Assembly: GCF_009914755.1 (NCBI RefSeq)
Contig: NC_060936.1
Source of the DNA: the human T2T-CHM13v2.0 reference genome, Homo sapiens
Strand: one strand, 5' to 3'
Length of the DNA: 64,000 nt
Below, piece after piece: positions 63,732 to 64,000 of the stretch (the stretch's first letter is position 1; each line of letters opens with the position of its first letter). Position numbers and translations under genes: made by a program. The notes below the pieces were generated by a model, which worked only from the letters and a program-made list of their open reading frames with translations, did no database searches and had not been told where the DNA came from.

Positions 63732-64000
63732 TAGATGACCACTCTGTCCTGACCCTCAGATCTGTCATGTATCCCTAAAAGGAGGGAGCTGGCCACTGGC
63801 TGTTGGGAAAGCCATGAGTATATAGTTAGCAAATACTGAACTTTCTCAGATATGGCATTAGATGCAAGACAACCTCCTAGGGATTGATGCCTAACTGATG
63901 GATTCTCTTTGAGACTATTTAGATATTATGTGAGCAATTTAAAGACCAGATCTAAGCAAATTTTGAAATAGATGTTTGTTTTTTGTATTTCTCAGTATGG
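63732..64000 (+). other. KLRG1: KLRG1 3'UTR of the 189-aa form (continues beyond the window)
   Basis: Follows TGA TAG; no AATAAA before the window end. Confidence 0.7.

Overview
Primate genomic DNA, almost certainly human (M6PR-KLRG1 locus). The left end holds the 5' part of M6PR on the minus strand: non-coding exon 1 and coding exon 2. It shares a CpG-island promoter with a plus-strand start region at about 3.65-4.5 kb. About 38 kb of almost pure transposon sequence follows: nested old L1M elements, a 5'-inverted L1PA, many of the window's ~40 Alus, ERV1/ERVL/MaLR solo LTRs, a Tigger and an unidentified retrocopy. Next comes the complete 5-exon KLRG1 CDS on the plus strand (43842-63731, 189 aa, all junctions GT-AG and in phase). 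Nearly all ORFs in the supplied track are Alu/L1 artefacts. I found no new multi-gene system. The best leads are small-scale: (1) a 31-nt copy of KLRG1 exon 2 inside a nearby Alu that differs only at codon 58 (CGG vs TGG); (2) a splice donor one base from perfect (CAG|TTGAGT) at the end of the putative distal KLRG1 first exon; (3) a twin-primed L1; (4) an unassigned retrocopy with a hairpin junction; (5) a perfect 55-bp duplication over an old L1 breakpoint. Repeat boundaries are approximate and subfamily names come from recalled consensus sequences, not a search.
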